This document shows, piece after piece, positions 39,548 through 49,273 of a DNA stretch of 64,000 nucleotides (position 1 is the first letter of the stretch; every line of letters starts with the position of its first letter). Below the pieces are notes generated by a model that saw only the letters and a program-made list of their open reading frames with translations, was not told where the DNA came from and did no database searches. The translations under genes and the position numbers were made by a program. The stretch is taken from NCBI RefSeq assembly GCF_046105845.1, contig NZ_CP151004.1; one strand, given 5' to 3'. Origin of the DNA: Escherichia coli. GTDB taxonomy: Bacteria > Pseudomonadota > Gammaproteobacteria > Enterobacterales > Enterobacteriaceae.

Positions 39548-40107
39548 GCGTTAGTTTCTCCACAGACACAAAACGCCACGACGCCCGGAGCTGCACACTC
39601 GCGGGCGTCACTCTTTTCTGGAGCGCAAAAGATTTTGTAGACCAGTGCTGCATGCTCTTGGAGCTTCGAAATTGACAGATACAACTCATCATTAATTGCT
39701 GTCTGCTCGTGTGGCTCCACGACCCCATCTTCGATTGCCGAACGAATCTGCTTTGAGTAATTCCCGATCTGTTCGATGACTTCCAGCAGGCGCTGGTTTA
39801 TATCGGCGTTCTCTACTTCCTCAATTTCAGGAAGCGATACGAACACCCCACCAGCAGACTGTGCGACAGCATCCGCAATGTAGTGAGTGTCAGCCGCGCG
39901 CTGTAAAACCATTGCCCATCCCAGCGGGAAAATCTGATCGCCATCGGCACGAAGGCGGTTAAATAATGCGTTCTCTGTTACATCCAGCCAGTCAGCTGCT
40001 TCAGCGTAACCACCCGGCAACGCTGCGATAGTTTTTCTGACAGCTTTCACGTACCACTCAGGCTGTTTTTCTACTTTCCAGTGATACTTACCCACGGTTA
40101 GCCTCAT
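39544..40107 (-). CDS. Hypothetical early regulator (YdaT/CII-like position)
   Basis: 187-aa ORF immediately downstream of cro; family not confirmed. Confidence 0.45.
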   Translation of the reverse strand: MRLTVGKYHWKVEKQPEWYVKAVRKTIAALPGGYAEAADWLDVTENALFNRLRADGDQIFPLGWAMVLQRAADTHYIADAVAQSAGGVFVSLPEIEEVENADINQRLLEVIEQIGNYSKQIRSAIEDGVVEPHEQTAINDELYLSISKLQEHAALVYKIFCAPEKSDARECAAPGVVAFCVCGETNA

Positions 40108-40138
40108 CGTTCTGTGGTTAAAAATTGAAGGTGTTCTG

Positions 40139-40339
40139 TTAATCTTTCGGATAGATATCCGGTCTTAAGTCAGATTTCGTAATTGCACCTGACGTGCATT
40201 GCTCAAGTTTTTTCGCCAGCACAAAACTGGCTTTTTTATAACCATTGAAAACCAGCCGTAAGTAGCCAGGTGTTGAGCCAACTTTTCCGGCCAACTCGCC
40301 CTGCTGTTCTTTGGTTAAAGAGTCCCAATACGCTTTCAT
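40139..40339 (-). CDS. Cro-like HTH repressor (YdaS-type)
   Basis: From MKAYWDSLTKEQQGELAGKVGSTPGYLRLVFNGYKKASFVLAKKLEQ with GGAGG RBS; divergent from cI. Confidence 0.6.
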   Translation of the reverse strand: MKAYWDSLTKEQQGELAGKVGSTPGYLRLVFNGYKKASFVLAKKLEQCTSGAITKSDLRPDIYPKD

Positions 40340-40429
40340 ACAATATGTACCTCCAGTATACATATTACATGATTGAAATGAACCTTCAAGATACTTGTAC
40401 CTTATCGGTACAAAGGTTTTAATTTCGTT
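40340..40429. promoter_or_regulatory. cro-cI intergenic switch with palindromic operator-like sites
   Basis: Imperfect palindromes ATATGTAC-ctccag-TATACATAT and CTTGTACC-ttatc-GGTACAAAG sharing a TGTAC core. Confidence 0.5.
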
Positions 40430-41104
40430 ATGAAAACAATCCATGACATCCGGCGGTCTAACGCCAGAAAACTGAGAGATGGTGTTGGCGGAAATTCATC
40501 CTTTGCCACCATGATTGATCGCGAGCCAACCCAAACCAGCAGGTTTATGGGGGATGGCGCTACTAAAAATATCGGTGACAGCATGGCACGGCACATCGAA
40601 AAATGTTTCGACCTGCCTGTCGGATGGCTTGATCAAGAACACCAGACAACGAACATCACAAAAAAACCTGATGTTTCAATCACTAACAAACAAATAACGT
40701 TAGTCCCTGTCATATCATGGGTACAGGCCGGAGCATGGAAAGAAGTTGGCTATTCTGAGGTTGATTTGAGCACAGCAGAAACGTATCCCTGCCCTGTACC
40801 CTGTGGCGAAATGACTTATATCTTGCGGGTGATTGGTGATTCAATGATTGATGAGTACCGCCCTGGAGACATGATTTTTGTTGATCCCGAAGTCCCTGCC
40901 TGCCACGGTGACGACGTTATTGCATTGATGCACGATACAGGCGAAACCACCTTCAAGCGATTGATAGAAGATGGAACACAGCGTTATCTCAAAGCATTAA
41001 ACCCAAACTGGCCTGAGCCTTACATTAAGATTAACGGTAATTGCTCTATAATTGGTACAGTGATTTTCTCGGGAAAACCAAGAAGATACACAATAAAGGC
41101 CTAA
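40430..41104 (+). CDS. CI-type repressor (HTH plus S24 LexA-like peptidase domain)
   Basis: C-terminal ...VISWVQAGAWKEV...LRVIGDSMIDEYRPGDMIFVDPE...TFKRLIEDGTQRYLKALNPNWPEPY... closely parallels the lambda CI C-domain with Ser and Lys catalytic pair. Confidence 0.85.
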   Translation: MKTIHDIRRSNARKLRDGVGGNSSFATMIDREPTQTSRFMGDGATKNIGDSMARHIEKCFDLPVGWLDQEHQTTNITKKPDVSITNKQITLVPVISWVQAGAWKEVGYSEVDLSTAETYPCPVPCGEMTYILRVIGDSMIDEYRPGDMIFVDPEVPACHGDDVIALMHDTGETTFKRLIEDGTQRYLKALNPNWPEPYIKINGNCSIIGTVIFSGKPRRYTIKA

Positions 41105-41116
41105 TCAATATTTATG

Positions 41117-41140
41117 AACCTGCTTCGGCAGGTTTTTTTA
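41117..41140 (+). terminator. Rho-independent terminator after cI
   Basis: AACCTGC-ttcg-GCAGGTT followed by TTTTTT. Confidence 0.65.
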
Positions 41141-41589
41141 TACTTGACAATGTACCTATGAGATACATAATGTATCCAAAAGAAACATGAGGCAGGCAAG
41201 ATTCAAACAAAATTTGGTTGTAACACGGCGTATGGCACATGCGTCGTTAGCGGTCTGGGGACGTTAAAGGGGACAATCCACTCCTTGCTAGGGCAAACAA
41301 ACCAGGTAGCCGGAATGTGCAAGTCAATGATGATGCTGATAAGACGCCTAACCAGCGTGGCGATCCGGTTTGACGCCTGGGAAGAGACCAGGGTGCAACG
41401 ATGAGGGCATTTATGGAGCCGCGACAAAGTGTGGTGCCGTAACTGGCTAAGTGCTCTCAGCGTTGTGGTCATCCGCGAAATGGCGCGGCGGTAAGTATGG
41501 CTGGGTTACTCTTTCCCCGTTGAGGACACCGGATTGTCAGGTTGACCATACGCCTGAGTGACAACCCCACCACAACAGCCACTGCTTTG

Positions 41590-41635
41590 GCGGTACCAGT
41601 TTGTACACTTGCTTCCGGCTGGTACCGCTCTTTTT
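41590..41635 (+). terminator. Rho-independent terminator-like hairpin in the cI / early-left intergenic region
   Basis: GCGGTACCAG (41590-41599), 19-nt loop, CTGGTACCGC (41619-41628), then TCTTTTT. Confidence 0.5.
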
Positions 41636-41724
41636 ACAAAACAGAGAAGAGCATCACCGGACGACGGGCTCATAACCCAATCCATCCGGGCGGCTGCCAC
41701 CGCAGGTGTTCTTCTCTGTTTTGT
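41636..41724. repeat. Perfect 15-bp inverted repeat with 59-bp spacer
   Basis: ACAAAACAGAGAAGA (41636-41650) and TCTTCTCTGTTTTGT (41710-41724). Confidence 0.6.
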
Positions 41725-41772
41725 GGAGAAACCAACCGACCTTGCAGGGTCGATATGATGAGGAGCAGCAAA

Positions 41773-42135
41773 ATGGCTAGCGAACGCAGTACTGATGTGC
41801 AGGCATTTATCGGGGAGCTGGACGGCGGCGTATTTGAAACCAAAATCGGCGCAGTTCTCAGTGAAGTCGCTTCCGGTGTGATGAACACGAAAACCAAAGG
41901 TAAGGTCTCACTCAACCTGGAAATCGAACCATTTGATGAGAACCGTGTGAAAATCAAACACAAACTCTCATATGTTCGCCCGACTAACCGCGGGAAAATT
42001 TCCGAAGAAGACACCACCGAAACGCCGATGTATGTCAATCGCGGTGGTCGCCTGACTATTCTGCAGGAAGACCAGGGACAATTACTGACTCTTGCCGGTG
42101 AACCTGACGGAAAACTACGCGCAGCAGGTCATTAA
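41773..42135 (+). CDS. YfdP-like early protein (hypothetical)
   Basis: Start at 41773 after an AGGAG RBS, 120 aa; upstream part of ORF track 41542..42135 spans the terminator hairpin. Confidence 0.55.
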   Translation: MASERSTDVQAFIGELDGGVFETKIGAVLSEVASGVMNTKTKGKVSLNLEIEPFDENRVKIKHKLSYVRPTNRGKISEEDTTETPMYVNRGGRLTILQEDQGQLLTLAGEPDGKLRAAGH

Positions 42136-42200
42136 TATCGTTCTTAATTAACTGATTATTTATCTCATCACTGAATATCTTTATATAGTGAGGACTTATT

Positions 42201-43025
42201 ATGTCTCAGAACTTAGACGCAACCGCAATTAATCAAATCCATGCCCTTATTTCTGCTCAGGGTGTTAATGAAATTATCAGTAAGATTGGTGCCGATGCTG
42301 TGGTATTGCCTGAGAATTTCCGCATTCATGATCTGGAAAAATTTAATTTAAATCGCTTCCGTTTCCGTGGTGCGCTTTCCACTGCCAGCATCGATGACTT
42401 TACCCGTTATTCTAAAGATCTTGCAGATGAAGGCACCCGCTGCTTTATCGATGCTGATAATATGCGTGCCGTCAGTGTACTTAACCTGGGTACTATTGAT
42501 GAACCAGGTCACGCAGATAACACCGCCACTCTCAAACTGAAAAAGACAGCACCGTTCTCTGCCCTGTTGTCTGTTAACGGCGAGCGTAACTCCCAGAAGT
42601 CACTGGCAGAATGGATTGAAGACTGGGCCGACTACCTTGTGGGCTTTGATGCTAATGGTGACGCTATTCAGGCAACAAAAGCGGCTGCGGCAGTCCGTAA
42701 AATCACGATTGAAGCAAACCAGACCGCTGATTTTGAAGATAATGACTTCAGCGGCAAACGCTCCCTGATGGAATCTGTCGAAGCGAAGACCAAAGACATT
42801 ATGCCAGTGGCATTTGAAATTAAATGCGTTCCGTTTGAAGGTCTGAAAGAACGTCCGTTTAAATTACGCCTCAGCATTATCACTGGCGATCGTCCTGTAC
42901 TGGTTCTGCGCATTATTCAGCTGGAAGCGGTGCAGGAAGATATGGCTAACGAATTTCGTGATCTGCTTGTTGAGAAATTCAAAGACAGCAAAGTAGAAAC
43001 CTTTATTGGTACTTTCACCGCCTGA
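42201..43025 (+). CDS. YfdQ-like protein (DUF2303-type)
   Basis: 274-aa ORF; family assignment by recollection of CPS-53 synteny yfdP-Q-R-S-T. Confidence 0.6.
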   Translation: MSQNLDATAINQIHALISAQGVNEIISKIGADAVVLPENFRIHDLEKFNLNRFRFRGALSTASIDDFTRYSKDLADEGTRCFIDADNMRAVSVLNLGTIDEPGHADNTATLKLKKTAPFSALLSVNGERNSQKSLAEWIEDWADYLVGFDANGDAIQATKAAAAVRKITIEANQTADFEDNDFSGKRSLMESVEAKTKDIMPVAFEIKCVPFEGLKERPFKLRLSIITGDRPVLVLRIIQLEAVQEDMANEFRDLLVEKFKDSKVETFIGTFTA

Positions 43026-43152
43026 TTTCATTACTGCAAATGCCCCTGCGGGGGCATTTATGGAAACGTAATTAACTCAATAATCACCGGATGGTGAGGG
43101 CTTCCTTTTACCCAAACTCAGCGCGGTGCAGCGCATATACGTGGAGAACAAA

Positions 43153-43689
43153 ATGTCATTTATTAAAACTTTTTCCGGGAAGCATTTTTATTATGACAAG
43201 ATAAATAAAGACGACATCGTGATTAACGATATCGCGGTTTCCCTTTCAAATATCTGCCGCTTTGCCGGTCATCTTTCTCACTTCTACAGTGTCGCCCAAC
43301 ATGCGGTGCTTTGCAGCCAGCTGGTGCCGCAGGAATTTGCTTTTGAAGCGTTAATGCATGATGCAACAGAAGCGTATTGCCAGGATATTCCCGCTCCACT
43401 GAAACGCCTTCTTCCTGACTATAAACGGATGGAAGAAAAAATTGACGCCGTAATCCGTGAGAAATACGGGTTACCCCCAGTTATGAGTACGCCCGTGAAA
43501 TATGCCGATCTTATCATGCTGGCAACCGAACGCCGCGATCTCGGGCTTGATGATGGCTCTTTCTGGCCTGTACTGGAAGGCATCCCGGCAACAGAGATGT
43601 TCAACGTGATTCCACTGGCACCTAGCCATGCCTACGGGATGTTTATGGAACGTTTTAACGAGTTATCGGAGTTACGCAAATGCGCATGA
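43153..43689 (+). CDS. HD-domain phosphohydrolase (YfdR-like)
   Basis: ATG at 43153 after a GGAGA RBS; HD-type metal-binding motifs ...SVAQHAVLCSQ...ALMHDATEAY. Confidence 0.75.
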   Translation: MSFIKTFSGKHFYYDKINKDDIVINDIAVSLSNICRFAGHLSHFYSVAQHAVLCSQLVPQEFAFEALMHDATEAYCQDIPAPLKRLLPDYKRMEEKIDAVIREKYGLPPVMSTPVKYADLIMLATERRDLGLDDGSFWPVLEGIPATEMFNVIPLAPSHAYGMFMERFNELSELRKCA

Positions 43690-44042
43690 ATGTTTTCGAA
43701 ATGGAAGGGTTTCTTCGCGGTAAATGTGTACCGCGAGATCTGAAAGTGAACGAAACAAATGCTGAGTACCTGGTACGTAAATTCGACGCGCTTGAAGCTA
43801 AATGTGCGGCACTGGAAAACAAAATAATACCAGTGTCAGCTGAACTGCCACCAGCAAATGAAAGTGTTCTGTTATTTGATGCTAACGGAGAAGGCTGGCT
43901 GATTGGCTGGCGTTCTCTCTGGTACACCTGGGGACAAAAAGAAACCGGAGAATGGCAGTGGACATTTCAGGTCGGGGACCTTGAAAACTTCAATATCACT
44001 CACTGGGCAGTAATGCCAAAAGCGCCGGAGGCTGGAGCATAA
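43680..44042 (+). CDS. YfdS-like hypothetical protein
   Basis: 120-aa ORF overlapping the previous stop; synteny. Confidence 0.55.
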   Translation: MRMNVFEMEGFLRGKCVPRDLKVNETNAEYLVRKFDALEAKCAALENKIIPVSAELPPANESVLLFDANGEGWLIGWRSLWYTWGQKETGEWQWTFQVGDLENFNITHWAVMPKAPEAGA

Positions 44043-44662
44043 TGACCACATTTACCAATAAAGAACTGATTAAAGAAATCAAAGAACGAATCAGCAGCCT
44101 AGAGGTTCGAGACGATATTGAGCGCCGTGCTTATGAAATTGCTCTGGCATCGCTAGAAGAGGAGCCGGTGGCATGGCTGCATTCAGAAAATGGCTTAGGT
44201 ATTCCGGCAATAACGAGGAGTAAAAACATTGCTGACAGTTGGTTATCAAAGGGCTGGTATGTTCAGCCGCTATATATAGCCAAGCCAGTGCCGGTGGTGC
44301 CAGATGCTCGTCCGTCTTTAAATAATGGCATAGTCGGCTTTGATGAAGGCTGGAACGCCTGCCGCGCCGCCATGCTTAATGGTGCCGAACCTGTAAGCCA
44401 GACTTACAAGTTGAACGAGCTGTCGGGCAACTCTCCGGTAACTCCGGATGGTTGGATAAGCTGTAGTGAGCGAATGCCGAACGATAAACAGTATGTTTGG
44501 TGTTGGGGTAAGTCTTACGGCTGGACTGAGTACGATACCTTCGAAGGGTATTACGATTGTTCGAGAAACAAATGGTGGGCAGTTACTGACAATGGGGAAG
44601 AACCGGCATCGAAAGTAACCCACTGGATGCCGCTACCGGAGCCGCCGCAGGAGGTGAAGTAA
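44042..44662 (+). CDS. DUF551-domain protein (YfdT-like)
   Basis: C-terminal ...DGWISCSERMP......THWMPLPEPP typical of DUF551. Confidence 0.7.
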   Translation: MTTFTNKELIKEIKERISSLEVRDDIERRAYEIALASLEEEPVAWLHSENGLGIPAITRSKNIADSWLSKGWYVQPLYIAKPVPVVPDARPSLNNGIVGFDEGWNACRAAMLNGAEPVSQTYKLNELSGNSPVTPDGWISCSERMPNDKQYVWCWGKSYGWTEYDTFEGYYDCSRNKWWAVTDNGEEPASKVTHWMPLPEPPQEVK

Positions 44663-44856
44663 TGAACAACTTAATGACAACTAAACAAGTCGCCGATTTC
44701 TGTGGTGTTTCAGTATCGACAGTTCTTCGCTGGAACAGCGTAAACAGGAGAACTGGCCAGAAATACAGGCCTGACTTTCCAGATCCTGATATTAAATCCT
44801 GCCCAAATAAATGGGCATCACACAAGATTTACAGATTTGCGGGAGTGATTGATTAA
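44662..44856 (+). CDS. AlpA/Xis-like excisionase HTH protein
   Basis: MNNLMTTKQVADFCGVSVSTVLRWNS..., MerR-type HTH, int-proximal. Confidence 0.6.
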   Translation: MNNLMTTKQVADFCGVSVSTVLRWNSVNRRTGQKYRPDFPDPDIKSCPNKWASHKIYRFAGVID

Positions 44857-45138
44857 TATGTATTAGCTTAGATGTGAGCTGACACATCTATGATTAGATG
44901 CCAAACCAAATCTGAGCGTCCACTCTTTAACAAGAGCGGACGTTACCAATGACCATATGACATGAATCGATAAGATCAAAACATTATCGCCAAGAAATGT
45001 CATACCATTGATACAAATAAAATTGATTACCCCCTTACTCTTGTTGAAAAGTTAGTCGTAGAGTACCTATCGCAATGTAATCAGCTTTAATCATCTGAAA
45101 ATTACTCCTTAAAAATTAGCTTTTATATACTGAACAAA

Positions 45139-45858
45139 TTAAATCTCTGTTTCTTTTCCTGTTCGGCTCAACCAATACTCCATTGTTTGAGTATGAATCT
45201 TTTCAGCGTATATTTTATCAATTAATTTATCTCGTTTTTCTTTAATGACTTTACGCAGTGAATCATATAACATAAAAAAACGTTCATCATCTTCCTCATT
45301 ATTACCATAATTTATTTGATTGAGTTCTGAAAAAATATGATAGCACCTTTTTTTCTTGGTCCCCGGCAATATTAAAACCAAGCCACATTGATCATATTCA
45401 AATTCACCTTTATGGGCAGCAAAGTTATGTCTAACATTCATAATAGAATCATGTAAATCTCTGTATTTTTCTGGCACATGCTTTCTCTGCAATGTGAATC
45501 GACGCCCTTTCGCCTCTGTAAAACACTTACCGTAAGTAACAACTTTTGATATAAATAAAGACTTTAATATTAGATTCTTTTCTAAATCAGGATAAATAAA
45601 GTGTTGTTCTCTATTAATGTTATTACAAATGTTTTTTATTATATTCTCCCAACCAATAACATTCCGAAGATCTTTATCCAGCAACTGTAAGGCCACATAT
45701 TGTTCTACAAAGCGGCCTTTTAAAGGTATTCGTGGTAATATTACACCTTTCTGCTTATAAACTCTTTCTATCGTATTATCTGGATATTGGATCTTCCTTA
45801 TTTCTATTCCGTCTTCTTCTGATACCCTTACTAATGGTTCATTTTTTAACTTTGACAT
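45139..45858 (-). CDS. AT-rich hypothetical protein between xis and int (candidate accessory or defence gene)
   Basis: 239-aa ORF in a very AT-rich stretch with GAGGG RBS and ATG at 45856-45858; no motif I recognise. Confidence 0.6.
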   Translation of the reverse strand: MSKLKNEPLVRVSEEDGIEIRKIQYPDNTIERVYKQKGVILPRIPLKGRFVEQYVALQLLDKDLRNVIGWENIIKNICNNINREQHFIYPDLEKNLILKSLFISKVVTYGKCFTEAKGRRFTLQRKHVPEKYRDLHDSIMNVRHNFAAHKGEFEYDQCGLVLILPGTKKKRCYHIFSELNQINYGNNEEDDERFFMLYDSLRKVIKEKRDKLIDKIYAEKIHTQTMEYWLSRTGKETEI

Positions 45859-46143
45859 GTTAACCCTCTTAAATAAAAAACTAACTTTATCCAGATAGTG
45901 TCCGTTAAGAAGTTTTCGTTACAACTAAGTTTCTAGGTAAATCATGAATCAACCTATAGTATCAAAAACATTTGGTGGTAAACATCTGCATTTATCAAAT
46001 AGCAGGAGCGATTTAGGGGCATAGGGATAGTGATGATATCTATACCCGTGCCCTCTTATGTCAACACAATGGCGTAAACTTAACGCTCACATCTCGCTCA
46101 AAGTGTGCTAGGAGATTTGGTTATGTTCAGGTGATACAAACCG

Positions 46144-47367
46144 TCAGTTTGAATCAGAGATAGTACAATTAACAATCGATTCAACCCTCTTCCACCATGC
46201 CAGGTAAGCTTTACGCTGTTCTTCTAGATAATCGCTCTTATCATAAACTTGCCATACCCCTGGCAGCTTATGACCAAGCATAATTTCTGCGATATGAGGC
46301 GCAGTAAGATCAGAAAAATTTGTTCGTGCTGTCCGTCTCAAGTCATGAAGAGACCAATGAGGGAATTGATATCCTAAACGCCGCCACGCGTACTGCATTA
46401 AATTGTAAGGCAGCGACTGTAATGATGTCCTACCGACTGGCTCCCTGCTTCCTTCCTTAGTAAAAAGCATATCGGAACCGTTGTTCATAGAGATAACGTA
46501 TTTTATAAGCTCTTCAACCGGTTCAATAATGGGCCGCTTTAGCGGTTCGCCTGTTATGTCCCCTGTCTTATGTCGTTCAGGTGGTACAGTCCATACCTTA
46601 TTTATGAAATCAAAATCACCCACCCTAGCAGTAATTAGCTCCGAACTACGGCAACCAAAATGCAGTAATAGTTTAATGAAGGCCCGGTATTTGGGAACCA
46701 TTCTAGAGCCATCGATCGCAGCATAAAGAATTTTAATTTCATCGTGTGTCAGAAACCGTTTCTTCTGACCTTTACGGATATCCATATCTTTACCCGTGAT
46801 ATCCGACAGCGGGCGAGTTTCAATAAGCTTTCTCTTATACGCCCAGACATGGGCCTGCTTTGCGTTAATTAGCAATCGGTCTGCTATTGCTGGAGTCTTA
46901 GTGCTAAGAGGCTCCAGGACTTCTAACCAATCATGCAATGTAGCTGCATCGTGAGGGATATTCCCGATTTTAGAGAACAGGTGCAGCTCAAACGAGCGGA
47001 GTATCTGTTCAGAACCCTTTTTATTTTTTACACAATATGCTTCATACCAGGCACGGATCACAGACTCTACCGTCATGGCTTCAGTAGCTTTTCGTTTTTC
47101 AGCCTGCTTGACCAATCGTGGATTACGGTTTGACTCGAGTTCACCACGGAGACGGATAACTTCTTCTCTGGCCTCTTTTAATCCAGTTGCCGGGTAAGTT
47201 CCGATATCAAGACGCTCACCTTTCCCTGCCCATTGATAACGATATTGAAACACTACGCGACCTTTCGGTGATACTCTGACAGACAGACCATCACGATCGG
47301 ATTTAACCAAAACCTTATCACGTTCCTTTCCAACGACTGAACGCAACCACGCATCAGACAGCGCCAT
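46144..47367 (-). CDS. int: Tyrosine integrase (P4-like, arm-binding N-domain)
   Basis: 407 aa; N-terminal ...LSVRVSPKGRVVFQYRYQWAGKGERLDIGTYPATGLKEAREE; C-terminal ...HDLRRTARTNF...IMLGHKLPGVWQVYDKSDY. Confidence 0.9.
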   Translation of the reverse strand: MALSDAWLRSVVGKERDKVLVKSDRDGLSVRVSPKGRVVFQYRYQWAGKGERLDIGTYPATGLKEAREEVIRLRGELESNRNPRLVKQAEKRKATEAMTVESVIRAWYEAYCVKNKKGSEQILRSFELHLFSKIGNIPHDAATLHDWLEVLEPLSTKTPAIADRLLINAKQAHVWAYKRKLIETRPLSDITGKDMDIRKGQKKRFLTHDEIKILYAAIDGSRMVPKYRAFIKLLLHFGCRSSELITARVGDFDFINKVWTVPPERHKTGDITGEPLKRPIIEPVEELIKYVISMNNGSDMLFTKEGSREPVGRTSLQSLPYNLMQYAWRRLGYQFPHWSLHDLRRTARTNFSDLTAPHIAEIMLGHKLPGVWQVYDKSDYLEEQRKAYLAWWKRVESIVNCTISDSN

Positions 47368-47376
47368 TACTCACCT

Positions 47377-47433
47377 TGTACAAATCGCAAAACACCTCTG
47401 CTGCTTTGTACATTATGTACAAGCATATGTACA
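47377..47433. repeat. Cluster of four TGTACA hexamers upstream of int (possible arm or operator sites)
   Basis: TGTACA at 47377, 47407, 47416 and 47428. Confidence 0.4.
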
Positions 47434-47587
47434 GATTTTTGATGAAAGCAACCTGATCGATTTAAAGTTACATGAAAGAATTTTCAATTAAAGAAGCCAC
47501 ATAACTATATGTATTTAAATGAGTTATATAACCAGACCTCAATTAACTGAAAGGATTTTGAAAGAGTAAAAGAGCTTTAATTTGGGA

Positions 47588-47662
47588 TTAATTATTGGGG
47601 TGAGAAATAATGGCAAAAGTGCGGCGCTTCGCCACCTCTTGCAAATAAGGAGACAACGTCAT
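47588..47662 (-). pseudogene. prfC: prfC (peptide chain release factor 3) 5' fragment, truncated at the prophage junction
   Basis: Minus-strand ATG at 47660-47662; [22 protein letters not shown] then NN-stop; the host reading ...HPDAGKTT is lost at ~47597. Confidence 0.8.
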
Positions 47663-47752
47663 AATTCTTTCTTCTTGAGTAAGCGGCATCGCGCCGCGCT
47701 TGTTGAAAACGAAAAATTGCGGCTATTTTACCCATCAACGGGGGGGAGGCAA

Positions 47753-48430
47753 TCAGTGTTTACACAGGAGCTGCTCCAGTTCGTGCAACGAAGAAACTGT
47801 CCAGGTGGGCGCGATGCCTTCTGGTTGCTCGCGATTGTGCGCATTCAGCCAGCAGGTCGCAAGCCCGGCGTTGATGCCACCGAGAATATCGGACTCGGCA
47901 GTGTCGCCAACCATCAGCACGCGTGAACGGTCAGGATTGCCCGCCTGTTCCAGCGCATAATCGAAAATTTTCTTATTCGGTTTGGCAACGCCAACTTCTT
48001 CGGAAATCACCAGCAAATCGAAATAATCACGCAGGCCCGTGCGTTCCAGACGCACTTGCTGCAAAGCGCTAAAGCCGTTGGTGATGATGCCAATTTTAGC
48101 ATTGCCACGAATGGCGTTAAGCAGAGAAACCGCGCCCGGCAGCGGCGTACAGATTTCCGCCATCGCATTAATAAAGGCTTCGTTGAGTTTACCCGGCTCG
48201 ACGTTCAGCCGTTCGGCCCAGCTCTCAAACCGCCCGTGCTGAAGCTGTAATGAAGTGATCGCGCCGTTTTGATAATCCACCCACAGTGGCTTGTTAACGG
48301 CCTGATAGTCCTGAAAATCTTCAGCGGTAAAGGTGACGCTGTAATCAAGAAACATCCGCTGCAGGCCGGTGAATGAGTCAAAGGTAAACAGCGTTTCATC
48401 GGCATCAAAGAAAATCCAGTCCCACTTCAT
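47753..48430 (-). CDS. yjjG: Pyrimidine 5'-nucleotidase YjjG (HAD family)
   Basis: 225 aa, [15 protein letters not shown]... Confidence 0.9.
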   Translation of the reverse strand: MKWDWIFFDADETLFTFDSFTGLQRMFLDYSVTFTAEDFQDYQAVNKPLWVDYQNGAITSLQLQHGRFESWAERLNVEPGKLNEAFINAMAEICTPLPGAVSLLNAIRGNAKIGIITNGFSALQQVRLERTGLRDYFDLLVISEEVGVAKPNKKIFDYALEQAGNPDRSRVLMVGDTAESDILGGINAGLATCWLNAHNREQPEGIAPTWTVSSLHELEQLLCKH

Positions 48431-48444
48431 TATTCCACCTTGTC

Positions 48445-48891
48445 TTACATACTGATTGGCAACGCCATGATGATGGCGTCTTCGCGACCGTCCGTGGTGG
48501 GGTAGTAATTGCGGCGAATCGTCGCCTCGTTAAAGCCTAAACTTTCGTACAGTGCAATGGCGGCAGCGTTTGAGGCACGGACTTCCAGCCATAGCGTCGC
48601 CACGCCGCGTTTTTCCAGTTCGTCGATCAGATGTTCCAGCAGCGCCCTTCCCAATCCCTGACGCTGATAGTCAGGATCGACCGCAATATTGAACAATGTA
48701 GCTTCATCCAGCACCACTTGCGTAATCGCAAACGCCGCCATTTTGCCGTTTTGCGTTAACTGAAAGTTGAGATAACGCTCGCCCTGGTTGCTGGCAAAGG
48801 TTTTTTCACTCCACGGAAAGGCGTGGGCGCGTTGTTCAATGTGGTAAGCCGCTGGTAAATCAGTCGTTTCGAGGGAAGAAATCGTGTTCAT
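48445..48891 (-). CDS. rimI: Ribosomal protein S18 alanine N-acetyltransferase
   Basis: 148 aa, GNAT motifs ...[13 protein letters not shown]... Confidence 0.9.
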   Translation of the reverse strand: MNTISSLETTDLPAAYHIEQRAHAFPWSEKTFASNQGERYLNFQLTQNGKMAAFAITQVVLDEATLFNIAVDPDYQRQGLGRALLEHLIDELEKRGVATLWLEVRASNAAAIALYESLGFNEATIRRNYYPTTDGREDAIIMALPISM

Positions 48892-49273
48892 ATGTGCAAA
48901 TTTGTTGCCATAACGCGGCGCGTGCCGTTGGGTTTGCCCGTAATTCGGTGAGCGCCGGTGATGCCACCTGAGCGCCTTCCAGTGATAGCGGTTCGTCAGT
49001 ACCCAACCGCCAGCTGTTGCAGCGACTGCCTTGCGGCAGCATCGCGATTTTTTCTGGCGTCAGTTGCAGCACTTGATCGGGGCTGACGGTTAATGCGCGC
49101 AGAACATCGCTCACTAAAGGATCAGTCAGGGCGGGAAGATCGTTTGCCACCATCACCAGACGGACGTGTGCCGGGATCGCAATGGCAATCTCCCCCTGCA
49201 ACGCGCCAGGGCGACGCAGCGACCACTGGGTAATGCCCAGTTGCTGTAACTGCCAGTCTCGTCGGGATGTCAT
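48860..49273 (-). CDS. holD: DNA polymerase III psi subunit
   Basis: 137 aa, MTSRRDWQLQQLGITQW...; overlaps rimI start as in E. coli. Confidence 0.9.
   Translation of the reverse strand: MTSRRDWQLQQLGITQWSLRRPGALQGEIAIAIPAHVRLVMVANDLPALTDPLVSDVLRALTVSPDQVLQLTPEKIAMLPQGSRCNSWRLGTDEPLSLEGAQVASPALTELRANPTARAALWQQICTYEHDFFPRND

Noticed and set aside
41542-41772. Upstream extension making a 197-aa protein of the yfdP-like gene
   Set aside because: The extension runs through a strong terminator hairpin and a perfect inverted repeat, and has a Cys/Arg-rich low-complexity translation; the AGGAG RBS supports the 41773 start instead.
41141-41772. Retron (msr/msd) hypothesis for the inverted-repeat-containing non-coding region
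   Set aside because: No reverse transcriptase gene is adjacent; the flanking genes are cI and YfdP/Q/R-like early genes.
47582-47960. Plus-strand ORFs of 114 and 86 aa
   Set aside because: Overlap the prfC stub, the yjjG-prfC intergenic region and the yjjG 3' end on the opposite strand; no support.
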